Source: Paramecium tetraurelia
Taxonomy: Eukaryota
DNA: 64,000 nucleotides
Reading direction: 5' to 3'
NCBI GenBank assembly: GCA_000165425.1
Contig: CT868341.1
Location: 62,001-126,000, forward strand
In this document: positions 1 through 14,081 of the stretch, piece after piece
Position numbering within the stretch: position 1 is the first letter of the stretch
How the letters are laid out: each line of letters starts with the position of its first letter
Position numbers and translations under genes: made by a program
The notes under the pieces: generated by a model
The model's database searches: none
What the model was told of the DNA's origin: nothing
What the model saw: only the letters and a program-made list of their open reading frames with translations

Positions 1-674
1 ACTTCTAATTATTTTCTTTTCATAGTGGATTGATTCAGCCCTCTCATGTATATGATTTTTGCCACAAGCTTAACCCATTATATTAAAATTATTATAAATT
101 TCAATTTGCTTTCTAATTATTATATTTTTTTATAAAACTTATCATTTACAAAGACTATTTCATACAAATAATACAAATTAATCAAAGATGTAAAAGCTTG
201 AAAGAATTAAAAAATAAATTAAATTGCATTTTGGTTTAGTACTAAATTTATCAATATCTATGCTCTGAAATATAGATATGTTCTTAATAAATTCAATGAT
301 GTGCAAGGATAACGTAATTCTACAAATCAATTGCGTAAATTAATTGATTTAATAAATTTGACAAGAGAAATCATAATAATTTGATTTTTTATATATGTAT
401 TATTCTATTAAACTTGCTTAATTTAGATTGTTAATTTTAAATAGTTCAATCAATATTGTTACACATTTTAAACGAAAATATTTAAGTTTATGCAATATAT
501 AAAACTGTAATCAATATTTAATTGTCTTAATCTCGCATTTTTTTTTAAACAAATTCAAAAATATTTAATAAGTATGGTATAATGCTTGGAATTATGACAA
601 GAATTGTTCAAAGCAAACAGAGACATTGTAAAATTAGAGGGAAATGAATTTGACTAATTTATTGATCATTTTTT

Positions 675-990
675 TAAAGTCTATTGATATGTAGGACTAA
701 GATTAAGCAGAGTTGAAAATCATAATCGCAAATTAAGCTGCAGAATTTGGGCATTAAGTCTTAGCAAATTTTAAACGCTTTCCTGCTGCAAAACTCTTAT
801 TCAAGCATGTCTCAAATTTTTCATAGGAATTGTCCTCTGCAATATGAGACTGTAAATCTTTTATGCCGTTGACTGCTTCGCACTAATATATTGATATTTC
901 ATTGTTGATATCATTCGCTTTTCTCCATACATTCCTTTGCTGTACCCTTACACATAGCAAGGATTACATTATCTTATGTTGAGGCAGTTA
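675..990 (-). pseudogene. Possible small or decayed Cys-containing gene fragment
   Basis: GC-richer island. A code-6 minus frame reads ...DINNEISIYQCEAVNGIKDLQSHIAEDNSYEKFETCLNKSFAAGKRLKFAKTQCPNSAAQFAIMIF..., but no clean start or exon structure could be built. Confidence 0.2.
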
Positions 991-1459
991 GATAGTGTAA
1001 ATATAAATGTTTTTATAACTAAACTTTTAGTCATTATTAAACGAATTTATATTAGAAAATAATCAACATTCATATCTTAATATTTCTTATATTTAGATTT
1101 TCACTTCTGAATTTTTTTATTAGGCAAACTTTTCTATCTTATTTTGGCATTTTTTTTCGATATTTATAAATTTAATAATTGGTTGAACAACCTTCCACAT
1201 ATTAAATATCATTCAATTGATATTAATCTATTTTGTTCCATTATTTTCAGTTTTTGAACTATCTTTGAATGATATGAATATCCGTTTGATAAAAATGTCA
1301 ATAGGATCATTGCGGAAAAATCTTTTAAATTTAAGTTTGTAATAAACCTTAAGAAATTATTTGACTAAAGCGAAAAATTATATCGAAGCATTAAATTTAT
1401 ATTCAAGATTGATTTAATAATTAAATTTTAATAATAATAACAACATTAATATCTTACAT

Positions 1460-2187
1460 TGGTTCAAATTCTCAATATGTTTGATCCTTCTGTAAAATTT
1501 GATAACTAAATGGATCTATAAAGTTATCATAATATATAAAAAATCTTGAATTGAAAATCATTATTAGAAGTAAGTGGCAGTTCTTTACTTATATAGTCGA
1601 TGATGCTATTTGAGATTTTAATAATGCGAGCGTCAGCTTAGAAATCTTTAAAGGATTTTCTTGTTTTTTATAAGAAATCATTGATTGTTTATCTGATTGT
1701 GTTGTTAATAGGTGATTCAATGTTATGCTTACTACATTTTTTCGAACATTTATACCTTAACCTTTTGTTATGGAACTGTAAGAGTTTCAGGATAACAGGT
1801 TTTAGACATTCTTAAATTGTGCTTTACTTCATCAAATTTGGCCTAGTATTACTTGTTCCTATAATTTCACTATGCTGAGCTGAATATGATGATAAGCGGT
1901 GTTATCATCAGCATCATCTTTGAGCATATCATATTTCTCTGATATCATTTGCACTAATAGGGATTCTGATATGATATTCTTTCTCTAAACTGGTTTATAT
2001 AATAACTCTTTAGCTTTAACTATTAATTTGTCTTGTTTCTCTTCTTAATATTATTCTGGTTTATAAATATGATTCTTGATTAAGACAACCCTTTCTTTTC
2101 GAAGGCTGGAATGGTGCTTTTTTCTTGTTTAAACCTAAATGAGAAACAATGTTTAGTATTCTTTATGTCTTGCAATATTATTATCAT
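1460..2187 (-). pseudogene. Hypothetical gene, probably disrupted
   Basis: Coding-like composition. The ATG at 2187 hits TGA after ~80 codons, and longer open stretches lie in other frames with no reconciling intron. Confidence 0.2.
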
Positions 2188-2214
2188 TTGACTTAATATA
2201 TTTTAATTCGTTTT

Positions 2215-3347
2215 ATGAAACTAATCGCTCTGTATTTTTTATTGATTATAGGATATTCGCAAATACTTGAGAAATATCAGATCATTGGAAATCCAAAGCC
2301 AAGTTTGGTAAGCATCTTAACGGAATTGCAAACTTAAATAAAATCAGGTGGAGCACAAACCACAACAATAGCATTTTTGGATAATCTAAAATCAACAATA
2401 GATGAAGAGTAAATTAGGCATGATTAACTATACACTTAACAAAGAAATTAATGTTCATTAGAATTAGAGTTAAGAAAAAAAGACATAAAAGATGCTGAAT
2501 AAGTTGGTTCTAGAGCAAATGAATAATTAGAAAATTGTTCTACATCAAATAATAAAGCTAGATCTGAACTAGATAATAATCTGGAGTCTTAAAAAGTACT
2601 TTGATTAATCCTAAATAGACTACAGATAGTGATATCAAAATTTTGAAAGGTATTAGAGATGAAGCAGCAAGATTATTTTCAAATAAAAGGAGAGATCACT
2701 TGGATGCTTTAACTTCACTTTAATAAGTGTTACTTACATTAGATGGATTTACTGGAGGAGACTGCTCTTTAGCTGAATTAGGAAAAGTAGCCATGGCTTT
2801 TATTTAAACAGCAGTAATGGCTAAGAATGATCAACCTTTGGTAGATATTTCAGAAATTTTTGCATAAGTAGCAACTGAAAATGGAGGATATAGAGAAGTG
2901 TATGAAAAACTAAAGCAATTAATTGTCAATTTCGAACAAACTTTATAAAAAAATTTATAAGATTATTAAGAAGTTGAAGATTTATAAATCTAGGAATATG
3001 ATGATCGAAATATCCATTTGGTTGAGTATTTTAATAATTTAAAAAGAACAGAATAATAATTAAGAGATCATATAACTGCTATGAGTATGTGTATAAATTA
3101 ATAAACAGCTATTGTAGATACTGCAAGGGGAAAAAAAGTATATTAATTATTGTGATTATTTTAGGTGAGAAATCTGTAAATGTTGGATTCAGTAGATAGA
3201 ATGTGCAAGGACTTCTTGTCGGAATACGAAAAGGCAAGCCAGGTAAGAAAGGATCAAATTGATCTTATAAATCAGGTGAAACAATCTGTTTACGATTTCT
3301 ATTCTTAAAAACCATAAGCTGCTTGTCCAGGCGGTGGAAGTGAATGA
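2215..3347 (+). CDS. Trichocyst matrix protein-like secretory granule precursor
   Basis: Signal peptide MKLIALYFLLIIGYS, then acidic coiled-coil helices with spaced Cys (QRNQCSLELE, MCKDFLSEYE). Introns at 2596-2618 and 3138-3164; ends CPGGGSE-TGA. Confidence 0.75.
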
Positions 3348-3560
3348 ATAATATAAAATATTTAGTTTTATTTAAAATTAAAAGAGCAATTTCCCAATTG
3401 AATATAATATTACTCGATTCCGTATTAATTTCTATTTTTGTTAAAGTATTGATTATCATGATTTTAAATTTAATATAATTTGATGCCTTATGTTATAAAA
3501 TTTCAAATCCAATTATAATACTACGTATTCTAATAATCATATATTTAATTTAATTTACTT

Positions 3561-4850
3561 ATGGGAAACTAACATGGCTAAGGATTCGACCATTCTAAAC
3601 AAAGTGGTTTGTACATTCGTACTGATAAACCATTTTATTTTGCAGGTGAAGAAGTCAAAGGTAACATATAAGGTAATTTAAGGCAATATTTACTTGAATG
3701 TGGGGGGAGGTGCATTCCCTAGTTCTACAATTTACTTGAAAGTTAAAGGATCTGAAAAGGCTAAATGGACAGAAGTCAAAACTGTTTGGGAAAATGTTCC
3801 AGGAACTAATCCTCCATAAAGAAGATCAAAATAAGTTACGGAACATTATGATAACGAAAATGAGTTCTATCAACACAAAATTCCAGTTTACATTTTTTAA
3901 CAAGGGTATTTATTCAAATTATTGAGAGAATGATTCCTTTAGGACAATATACATTTCCTTTCAGTTTTAAATTGAAAGAAAACCTGCCAGGCTCATTTCA
4001 ATATCAAGAAAAGGATTTAGAGTGCAAAATAAGATATAGTGTTAAGGCTGAAATAGATTCACCAAATAAAAATTTAGATAAGGTCAAATATAAATAAGAA
4101 TTTCTTGTTAGAGAACCTATTAAGGAGTAAATCAATTAAAGCGAAGGCTCATAGGTTTTATAGCCAACTTCATGTTGCTGTATACCATTAGGAGTATATT
4201 TAATTATATATATCCTTAGACTATTTTGTTTAAGTTTCAATTTGATAAAACAGCTTATTAGCCTGGTGAAATTGCTTAATTACAAGTAGAGATTGATAAT
4301 TCTCAATCTAAAGTTGGCATCCCAACAATCACAGGAAGATTGACAAACACATTAAGAATTGTGAGTAAATAGGGCCACTCGAAATTAATACATAGAAGTT
4401 GCGGAACTTCAATGATTCCAGGACTTCAAGCAGGCCAATCTGCTCTAAATGAGCAAAGAAAGAACATGACCTTATCATTAGTTGATTAAGGTAGAAATTA
4501 ACCCTTGGATCCAACTACAAATGGAAAGGTTGTGATGAATAACTACCAACTCTCTGCTACTGGAGATTTAGATGGAACTTGCTTATGCTGTACAACAACT
4601 CCAGGAATAGAATTTCCCATCAGGATTGTAGCCAAGCCAATAGCAAGTTATGATTAACCAGTTGTGGCTCCTTCTGGATGGAATCCACAAGTTATGAACG
4701 TAATTATCAATTCACTATTATTTTTAGGCTGTTGCTGTACAGTTTGATGATTCTTATAAGTATCAACCTGCAACTGGTGGAGTTTTGGTTCCAGCTTAAA
4801 ATCATAATCCGTAGGGTTATCAAAATCCAAATTAGCCATATTATGGATGA
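3561..4850 (+). CDS. Arrestin-domain (alpha-arrestin-like) protein
   Basis: MGNQ start; LYIRTDKPFYFAGEEVKG, GQYTFPFSFKLKENLPGSF, IRYSVKAEI and FDKTAYQPGE match arrestin N/C domains. Q/P/Y-rich tail; three tiny introns. Confidence 0.85.
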
Positions 4851-5156
4851 TTTAAATAAAACATAAAATTACATCAAAAAATTTTCTCAGTTTTTATTTT
4901 AAAATTAGATTTTTGAGAAATAAAAATTGTTATCATATTTAAAATTCTGAATGATTAAGTATTAAAAGAATTTCATTTTAACAGAAAGACAAGGTTAATA
5001 TATCAACTTTTTAACATCTGGATTCAAAAGTATCATCCTCATACATTTACTAAAATTCCATAAGTAGCCTCTAATCAGGCTGAATTTGCTTTATTTTATA
5101 TTTATAAATAAATATTATTATACAAATAACAATAATAATTATAATTAAATTCTCAT

Positions 5157-8100
5157 ATGGGTTCTATTTGTGGAACGAATAATAAAAGAGTAATTCCAAA
5201 AACAAAGAAAGCACATTTAGGTTTAAGGTCAGGGCAAACAATTTCATCATAATCGGTGTTCTAGCAACAATTAAATAAAAAAACATAAGAGATAAACCAA
5301 ATTCATAAACTGGAGATCCAAGATGAAGATTTAGTGAACTGGGATGATCCAATGAAACACTGCACGAATCTACTAAAACCAAAAGGTTATAAAGTAGCAA
5401 GAATTCTAAAGACAACAAGTTCATCAATTACAGCTGAAGTTCTAGATGTAACTTAATTATGAAATAGTTTAGGGTTTTGGAACATAATTAATATTTAAGC
5501 GTTCTCTTTTTGAGAGCTTTGATAATGCCTCGAATAATATATCATATTTGTATAACATGAACAAAGTCAGCGCTGAAGGTTTGTTAAGGTTTACTTCATT
5601 AACAATCAGTTAATTTGAATCAACCAATTTGCAATAGAGGCCAGAGAAAACTCTCTATGCAATAGATAGAATGATACCAAAATACAATACGCTGAGCGAC
5701 TCTCTGGAAAATTTAAAATTAGAATCTCTAATGCAAAGTTTACTCGTTTTGGAACAAGTTAGTGATGCGTTAAATTAACTACACAAAGAAAAGTTCGCAT
5801 ATCGTTTCCTAAGGCCGGAAAGCATTTTAACAAAAGACGGTAAAAAATTTCTCTTAAGTAATCCATCTATATAAACTAATCTTAAAGAATAAGTATTAAA
5901 TTTAAGCATATTAGAAAATTATCAAACACTTTGTTTAATAAGAAAGTGATTACTACATATATGATTGTGTGATTTTTTCATTATTATTTCTGTTTCTGGT
6001 TGATCATAAGATATACACTTTTGATTCGCTAATTGAACTTCGATTGAATTAAGATGAATGGGAAGGGTATATATATATATGCTTAATCAGTTTAGATTGG
6101 TTGATAACTATAAATAGTCAATAGCATCTCAATTTGAAAATGATGTGCCTTAAATGATTATGCAGTTAATCGAACAAATGAGTGTCTTTGATAAATTTGA
6201 CATTCCGAAAATGAGTGAGATTAATCATGCCATAAAAAGTGTTCGTTAAAAAGGAATGCAAACCTATTTTAAAAATGATTCACTTGGAGCCTATTTATAA
6301 TATCATAAAGAAAAGACATTACCTGAGGCATCTCCTTGGTTATATTTCACTAAAGCAAATCAAATTCATTTGTATAATTACGAAACTAATAAATTTCATT
6401 TTTTGAAGGTTTATAGAAAGAAACAGCCATTCAAAATAGAATCTGATGTAGTTTATCATCCTACCGAAGATAAGTTCTTCTTCTTTAGTCATAACACATC
6501 TACATTCCTATTAAAAGTGTATGATGAATCACATGACAGAGGAAATATTAGTTAAAAGCGAGAAGTTGAATTGTTTAGAAATATAAAGAATGTCAAATTT
6601 GAAGATCCATAACTATTGGTGATTAATTTTACAACTGAAGATGAAGCTAATTAAGAGTAGCCTTTAGAAGTGATTGAGGATAAGAAAGAAAATAAAAAGG
6701 GCAACAAGTAGTAATAATAGTAGTAGAATGTCTTGGAGTAAGAACCAAAATTATTATCGAAAATTATGGTCATGAATTAATAATAATAAGCAGATGAAGC
6801 TACTTAAGAAGTTTATTTTAATTCTTTTGAAGTGTCATTTAATTTAGAGTTAGTAAAGAATGATAATGAAGAAGATGTCTATAATTACGGAGATGATGAA
6901 TATATAACCAAAAAAGTAATCAAAATCTATTAAGGGCCGAAGAATTATTAATGGCATAGAAGTTCTTTTCATTTCTTTGATCCACATAACAATTACATTT
7001 ATTGTATTCCTGATTATAATAATGTATTCTAAAATGGAATCAGATATTGTTATTACGACGTCTCTAAAAGAAAAGGGAATTTCAAAGAAGGATTATTGAG
7101 ATTTGCTTGCAGCACTGATGAAATATTCAAGTAGTTTTGTCTATTAAACTTTAAAATTAAACATATCGTATATTGTATAGAAGTTCAGCATGGAGTATTT
7201 TTAATGTAAGCATCAAAAAACATGCTGATTTTGGATTTTAATTTTAGATGTTTTTATTCTTTGGCTTCTCTTAACTAATTATAGAATTACAAAGAGAACA
7301 ACAAGGAAAATCCAATTTTGTATCAGAATGCTTATGAAACCAGAAACCAACCTTTCGAACTAAAGTGTTTGGATGCTGGAGGACATAATTTTTTATTTTA
7401 GAATGGATATTTGCATTGCTTAGCTAGAAAGGAGATAGAGACAGTTCATTGTGTCTTTAATATTCTTCCAAATTAAGCCTGCATAGAATTGTTAAATTGC
7501 TATTCTTTGCACACTAATTAAGACTTACTGCTTTTCATTCCTAAAACTCTAAGTTTTGTTGTAAAGGCATAATAAAAACAGGTGGATGAAAGTGTGTTTC
7601 GAAGATATTCAAAGGTATTATATAATAATTATAATTATCAGCATGTCAGATAATATGGTGTGATTAAAGACTTATATGCAGATCATAATGAGGCTTATTT
7701 AAGTGCTGAAACTATGGAAGAAAAGCAAAAATTTTATTTACATCAGATCAAAGTTGAGTCTTTGGTAGAAGTGTCCTAGTTGTTCCAAGCATTTAATAAG
7801 AAGATTCTTTCAGAAATCCTATTGACTCCTATTGAATACTTTGCATGTTCAGAGGAAAGTAATCAAAACTTTTATTTTAGAAAATTCGTTTTATATGTAT
7901 TATGTCAATGAGGAAATTTCAACTACTTTAGACTCTGAAGTCGAAAATAGAAGACTTTATAAAAATCCTTTTGAAGCAAAAGAATTAGCATTGATTGTAA
8001 AAATTATCTTTAAGGCTTTAAAAGAATTGAAAGACAATCATATGGAACATGGAAATTTATCAACTAATAGCTTATGCTTTACAAAAGCTGGAATTATTAA

Positions 8101-9434
8101 AATATCAGGTTGGTATGTAGCTAATAGGAAGAATTTCTCTACTGATATTGATGATGCAGTGAAGGTTCTATATTGTCTAGCTACACTTTAAAGAGTGTAG
8201 GACATTGACACTATGGATTTTACAAATCCTTAAATCACTGCTTATGATGGTCTCAGCGAATTTTTAAAGTCGACTTACAAATTACCTAAGAAAACACCCT
8301 ATATCAATGTATTGAATTCAGCCTTGAATTTGAGCAAATCATTGACAGCTTAAAATATTGAATTCAATGAAATGCAAAGCAAGGCTTAGGCAATCTTATG
8401 GGTTGGTTATGGCCAGAACTACATCATCATAACTCCATTAGAAAATATGAAGGACCCAAGATTTATGAAAGTCTGCATCTTAAAACCAAACTAAACTAAC
8501 TTTAAAATATCTAAACACTGCATGTTCACTTTTAACTTTATCGATGTTATTTATATATCTGGAGCTATTAAGGAGGATATGAAAACACAGCACCTTTATG
8601 AGTGTGCATACAATAAGCACAAGGACACACAGACTGTTACTTTAAAGAGATTACCTGACATTCCAGCCCCAATCTTGAGTCCATCTATGTTATATGCTGA
8701 AGGCAGAATCTATGTGATTGGAGGCTATGAACTTGGAGAAAACTTAAACAAATAAATTACTGATAAGGTCTTTGTCTACACTATTAAGACCAAATAATGG
8801 TAATATTATTGTTCTAATCAATTTCTTTAGGAAGCCTTTAAAAAATCTACCGATCAACATCTATGGAGGAACAGCCCTGCATGATGCAGACAAGAATATG
8901 ATATTCTTATTTGGCGGTGTTTCAAGTGAGATCGATCTGACTTCGGACAAACTCATTTATTTTACCTATGATATATTGAAAGATAATTGGGAATTCAATG
9001 TTGATTTATCCTTCAAATCTCCATTCGTAAATTCAAGATTTACAAAACCAATTGTTGATATGGTGAGTCCAAAATTATTCATATCTTATTACAAAACTGA
9101 AGAGGACTTTTTTATTGAGGTTTTCGAACTTGTTAAAGCTGGTGTTAGTTTGAAATTTAAAATTAAGAATCCAATTGGCAAAAAGAAAAATGAAAAAGAA
9201 AATTTAGAAGCTTATGCTGAAAAAGCGCCTAGAGATTATGAAAGAACATTGCAAGATGATTTATCAATGGCTGTTTATAAAGATTCTATTTATGTATTGG
9301 ATGAAGAGACTTAGAATCTTAATATTTTCAGAATCAAAGATGTCTTTCATCCTTAAATCGATATTGTTAAATGTTAAATTAGGGATAGCAATCCTATAAC
9401 AATCCATTTAGTTTAATAAGAAGCTCAATAATGA
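5157..9434 (+). CDS. Large N-acylated protein with two degenerate kinase domains and C-terminal Kelch repeats
   Basis: MGSICG start. Kinase-like segments QLHKEKFAYRFLRPESIL (~5780) and ELKDNHMEHGNLSTNSLCFTKAGIIKISGW (~8030). Kelch motifs GRIYVIGGY and MIFLFGG...YDILKDNW. The frame reconstructs with tiny introns. Confidence 0.75.
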
Positions 9435-9724
9435 ATAAACCTTCATTTGATATAAAAATTAATCTGAAATATTTCAAATATGTAAATTAGATTCTATTAC
9501 ATATATATTTAAAATTTTCTTTATTTTTTTATATTTCTATATTCTATTTCCATGATGTTTATTGTCTTAATTAACAAAGATTGGAGAGCTTAGAAATATT
9601 TTATTCAAGTATTTATGTAATGTGAAAATAAATGAATTAGATTTTAACTTTTCCACTCTAAAACATTATTATATCATATTATTATTTTGAAATATTCAAA
9701 GTTAAGACAATATACGATAATTAT

Positions 9725-10386
9725 TCATTCACAAATAAAATAATATGTTCCGAGTTTATTTGAGCAGGATTAGCAATAATGATGAGCATCTTTGCATTAC
9801 TTATTTATCATATACTTAATACTCTCATACAAAAGGGTAAAAAAAACAAAAAGAAAAAAGGAGTTAAAAACATTAAACAGCAACAAAGACAGCTTCCCCA
9901 TCCTGGCTTTGATTCCACCTTTGATATCATAACATTCTAGCATTTTTCGCATTTAAGAACTTAAGGTTCTCTACTATAAGGTTAGGAGGGTGCCAGCAAA
10001 ATTACTTAGTACTATCATATAACAATACATTTATCCTCTTTTTTGAATTCTTAATTTTCTGATGATTTATTATCATCTTCTATCTCATTAGGTTGATCTA
10101 ATTACTTTTTTTGTTGAATCATTTCATATTGCTATTATCTCTACTATATTACAAAATGTTATGAGAACGGTTATTGAATAGATTATTGAATAGGTTATCG
10201 AAAATTATCACTTACCTAATGACCTAAATTCAAATTTTAGTTTATTTAAGAAGCAGGTAATCTTGTCTTTAGAGGAACATCTTCTTAATGTTAATTATTT
10301 AAATTTATTTATTAAATTGCAGACACTATTGGCACATCATCACCAGTGGCCTATGCTTGTGTTGATATTTGGGTTTTATTTGACAT
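9725..10386 (-). CDS. LITAF-domain (zinc ribbon) membrane protein
   Basis: Q-rich N-terminus, then PQVLKCEKC...PGWGSCLCCCLMFLTPFFFLFFLPFC...KDAHHYCQSCSNKLG, the CxxC-hydrophobic-HxCxxC LITAF signature. Confidence 0.85.
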
Positions 10387-10531
10387 GAGGATATTAATAT
10401 TTCTTTTAATTTTTGTTTTTAGCAAATTTTATTTTTCTATTTTTATAAAAAAATTTAATGATACAAAATTTGTTATAATTCTATGTCTTGATGATTTCTA
10501 TGAATTGTGTTTTGTACGTTTTCCACACTTA

Positions 10532-10961
10532 ATGCCAAACACTTTAAATACAATTCCTCCTTTAAATATGAATAAAATTAGGCAAGAAAATCAAGATTCT
10601 TTAAAAAAACTGAAATATTTTTGGCTTCTTTAGTCATAAGATAAATTTAATATTAAATATAAATTCAAATCTCCTTACTTTTCCTTATAAGATTTTAAAT
10701 TGAATATCAGAATTTATAAATAAACTCCAAATAATACCTCAGGCTTATTGGAGAAACCAAGGTCACCATTAAAAAGATGGGGTTCTTTATTAGGTTTCAG
10801 TTAATTTCAAATTACTAATGCAATCAGCTCAGCTTCGAATCTTAATTTTTAAAATTATTTCTAATATCAATTTCAAATTAAAAAGATATGCTTTGATATC
10901 TTAATCCTGGTTTTAGTACCCTCTTTATCCAAAAATTCTATAGGCTATGTAAACTAGTTGA
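10532..10961 (+). CDS. Hypothetical protein
   Basis: ~140-codon frame open in code 6 (MPNTLNTIPPLNM...). No recognisable motif; 3' end uncertain. Confidence 0.35.
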
Positions 10962-11066
10962 TCAAACCATAATATAAAAAGAAAAAATCAAATTGATTTC
11001 GCATTAATTTAGTTAATAAAATATATATATAGTTGGTATGAAATAGGATTAAATATAAATTACTAT

Positions 11067-11924
11067 TCATCTTTTGGAGGTAGAGCCAAAGGCACTAGGA
11101 AATTCGAGATTTAGCTTGGATTGATTGCTGATAAGATTTGAGTTATTATCATAATAGGTTGGAGAATTTTATTTTGTTTCAAAAATGCTAATTCTTTTGG
11201 AGTATTTATCAAACCTTATAACACTTTTGATAATTGATTAATCTTGTATATTATATTATCCAACACCAACTGATGCTTCTTGATCTATTTATTTAGTTCT
11301 CCCTTACTGTTTTCCAAAGGGTTAAACTCTGCTATCTGATTACTTGAAAACACTTGGCAACTCATAGGAACCGGGACCTGGAAAATCTTATACTTTCTAT
11401 AATTTATCTCTCAAAAGAAAGAGTTCTAAACTTTCTAATGATTGCAATTTAGGCGGATGTTTCAAGTATTATTGGCTTGTAGATTTTTTGCTGATTGGTG
11501 ATTATGATCCTAAATAAATAGATTGGGATTCATTTAATGATTATTTTGAGCTTCTTTATAATTTCTATAGTTTAACAAGTTTTCCCTTTTTAATAGTTGA
11601 ACGCACTTGATTATCAAATTCTTGATAAAACTCATTTAGTTTCTTGTCAAATTTAACTTATTTCTTGAGTTCTTGATATATTTTATTTTATCTAACTCTT
11701 TAAATTCCACTTGCATAACTATGTAGAGGATAATTTAAATCAACTTTTCTATCAAACGAGAGTTATGAATCACTTTGGGGATATGATTCATGTTTTTTAT
11801 GATGACCTTGTTTATCTGAATGCATGATAGGCGCTTGTTTCTCCAGTTTAGTAATAATATCATAAAGTCCAACACCAGGATTAAAGTTATCTGGGTTTGA
11901 TTCTTTTTTTCCTTTTTGAAACAT
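11067..11924 (-). CDS. SHIPPO/ODF3-like PGP-repeat ciliary microtubule protein
   Basis: Repeats NPGVGLYD and FPGPGSYE plus a terminal FGSTSKR motif, typical of SHIPPO-repeat proteins. Confidence 0.7.
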
Positions 11925-12035
11925 ATAGATAAATATATTAATTAATTATTTGACTTTATTAAAATATATTTCATGATATATCATCGATGGATATATTAAA
12001 TTAATTTAATATGAAGATTATCAAGATTATTATAC

Positions 12036-12578
12036 TCAGATTTTAGTTGTTAACTATTTGAGATGTGTTCGTCTCCTTGGGACCTGGTATCTTTAAGTTG
12101 GTAATTCTTGGACTTCTTCAAAATTATCAAATTCATCAATAATAACATGAGAGGTTTAAAAAGAAACTTATCTTTTGTTACTATTGATGATAGATTTGAT
12201 TTTTTTGTTGATGCTCTCCATTTCAGTATTCTCCCTTAAAGTTTAAATTTCTTAAAATTAAAGAAGATCATCCATGTTCCTTTTTTGCATGGTCACATGT
12301 AAAGAGAGACTTGGGATATTGGGTAGGATTTGATCTGTTTTTTAAGGAGACAATCCATTCCCAATAGCATGCCTTCTTCGAACAGTCTTAGGAAGTATTA
12401 TTTCTTCTGGTATTTCTAACTCCAATTGTTTTTGTAGTTTTTCTTCCTCAAATTTTTTGGGTTAACTGTCAATTTGATTTAAAAACAAGGAAGGACAAAA
12501 AGGTTTGTTCTTTCCTTGGTGTGTTTATTTTCTTAAGGAGATTGGTGTAAGATCATTCAAACTATTCTTTTAATACAT
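12036..12578 (-). CDS. Hypothetical low-complexity protein with RVxF-like motif
   Basis: Intronless 180-aa code-6 ORF (MYQKNSLNDLTP...) containing PSLFLNQID and KRQVSFQTSHVIID. Confidence 0.65.
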
Positions 12579-12626
12579 TAAGAAATAATTATTTGTCAAT
12601 ATCAAATTGCAATACGACTATTTATT

Positions 12627-13936
12627 TCATATTAAAGATTCCATAACTTTCATCATGGCTCTTTCAGCTCCCTATTCCTCCCAATCTTCTTTTGAGATCC
12701 AGAAATTCTTTTTATCCTTCATTACATTAGACAGGAAAGAAGCACCAATGAACACATTGTACTTTCTTCTTGCGGGATCCTAAAGTAGAATGTTAAAATT
12801 GAAATAAGTACCAAGACTTTAATTTTAATTTTAGAATTAGCAGCATATGCAGTATTTCCTTTTAATACAGTTTCTTCGAAAATGGTTCTCAATTAATTCT
12901 ACAATCTAGTTGGAAATCCTGGGAACATCGTAGTACCTCCACTTATAAGGATGTTTTCATAGAAGGTCTTCCTTGCATCGATAGGAGATTTCTATTTTTT
13001 TATATGAAATATTTTTTACTTAGATGGCATTGAACACGATATCAGCACATCCAGGAGCATCCTTACCTAGCAACCATGGAGAAAACAAGATTTCTGGAGC
13101 CATGTATCTTTCTTGACCAATCTTAACTCTTCCTCCATCAGGCAATCTGAATGTACTTTCATGACAGGTTGTCTCTTGTGCCAATTTAGTATCCATTCTG
13201 ATATCTGAACTTACAAAGCATAAAGCCTCTTTGATTTCTCTTACTAATTCAAAATCAGCTGATGAATTGAAGGCGTATCCTCTTTGGAATAATAATTTGA
13301 CTAATTGGTCTGTAACATGTCTTCCTGCAATATTCATTCTCTAAGCTCCTTGATTCAAACAGAATCCGTCATATACTGGCATACAATGGGTGACACCATC
13401 TCCTGCATCAAGTAATAAGGCTGTTCTCAACCCTTCTGCAAATAAGGGAAGCAAAGCCTGGATTCCTACGTTGAGTTAGCCAAATCCAAATTTCTCAAAC
13501 TTTATTTCTGCCATCTTCTCTCTATTTTTCTTTGGATTTCCAGCAGCTTCTGTCATCAATACAGTTTAACCCTTTGGATCAATGCCTAACTTAACAATTA
13601 TTATAATCTTCTTACTTTCTTATAACCATAATCCCAAATTAATTCCATATCCTCCCAATTTTTCACAACTCCTTCTTTCTAAGGGGTGAGTCAATTCTAA
13701 TAATCCTCTATATGGCTAAGCTTCATCTCCTATCATAATATCCTAAACGATGTGTATTTCTTTATACTTTCAAGTTGGCATCATCCAATTACTCATCTGC
13801 TCTAAGTGTTGGCCTTCCTACCATAGCTGGAAAGGAATGAGATGGAAAATTATCACCTGCAAATCCTATTTTTAGATATCTAACAAAGATTGAATTAATA
13901 CCCTGTTCCTGAATCTTCAATAATTGGATTAGACAT
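12627..13936 (-). CDS. ARP2: Actin-related protein 2 (Arp2/3 complex)
   Basis: [53 protein letters not shown] (Arp2-specific) and [10 protein letters not shown]; several tiny introns. Confidence 0.93.
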
Positions 13937-14081
13937 TATTTTTATTATATAAAAATATATATATAATTGGGCGTAATATATTCTTATATATATTGCTTAT
14001 GATTTGATTTCTAAATTCATATCCACATCTAAAGTTAATCACTGACTATTAAATATTAAATTTTATACACAGCGATATCTT

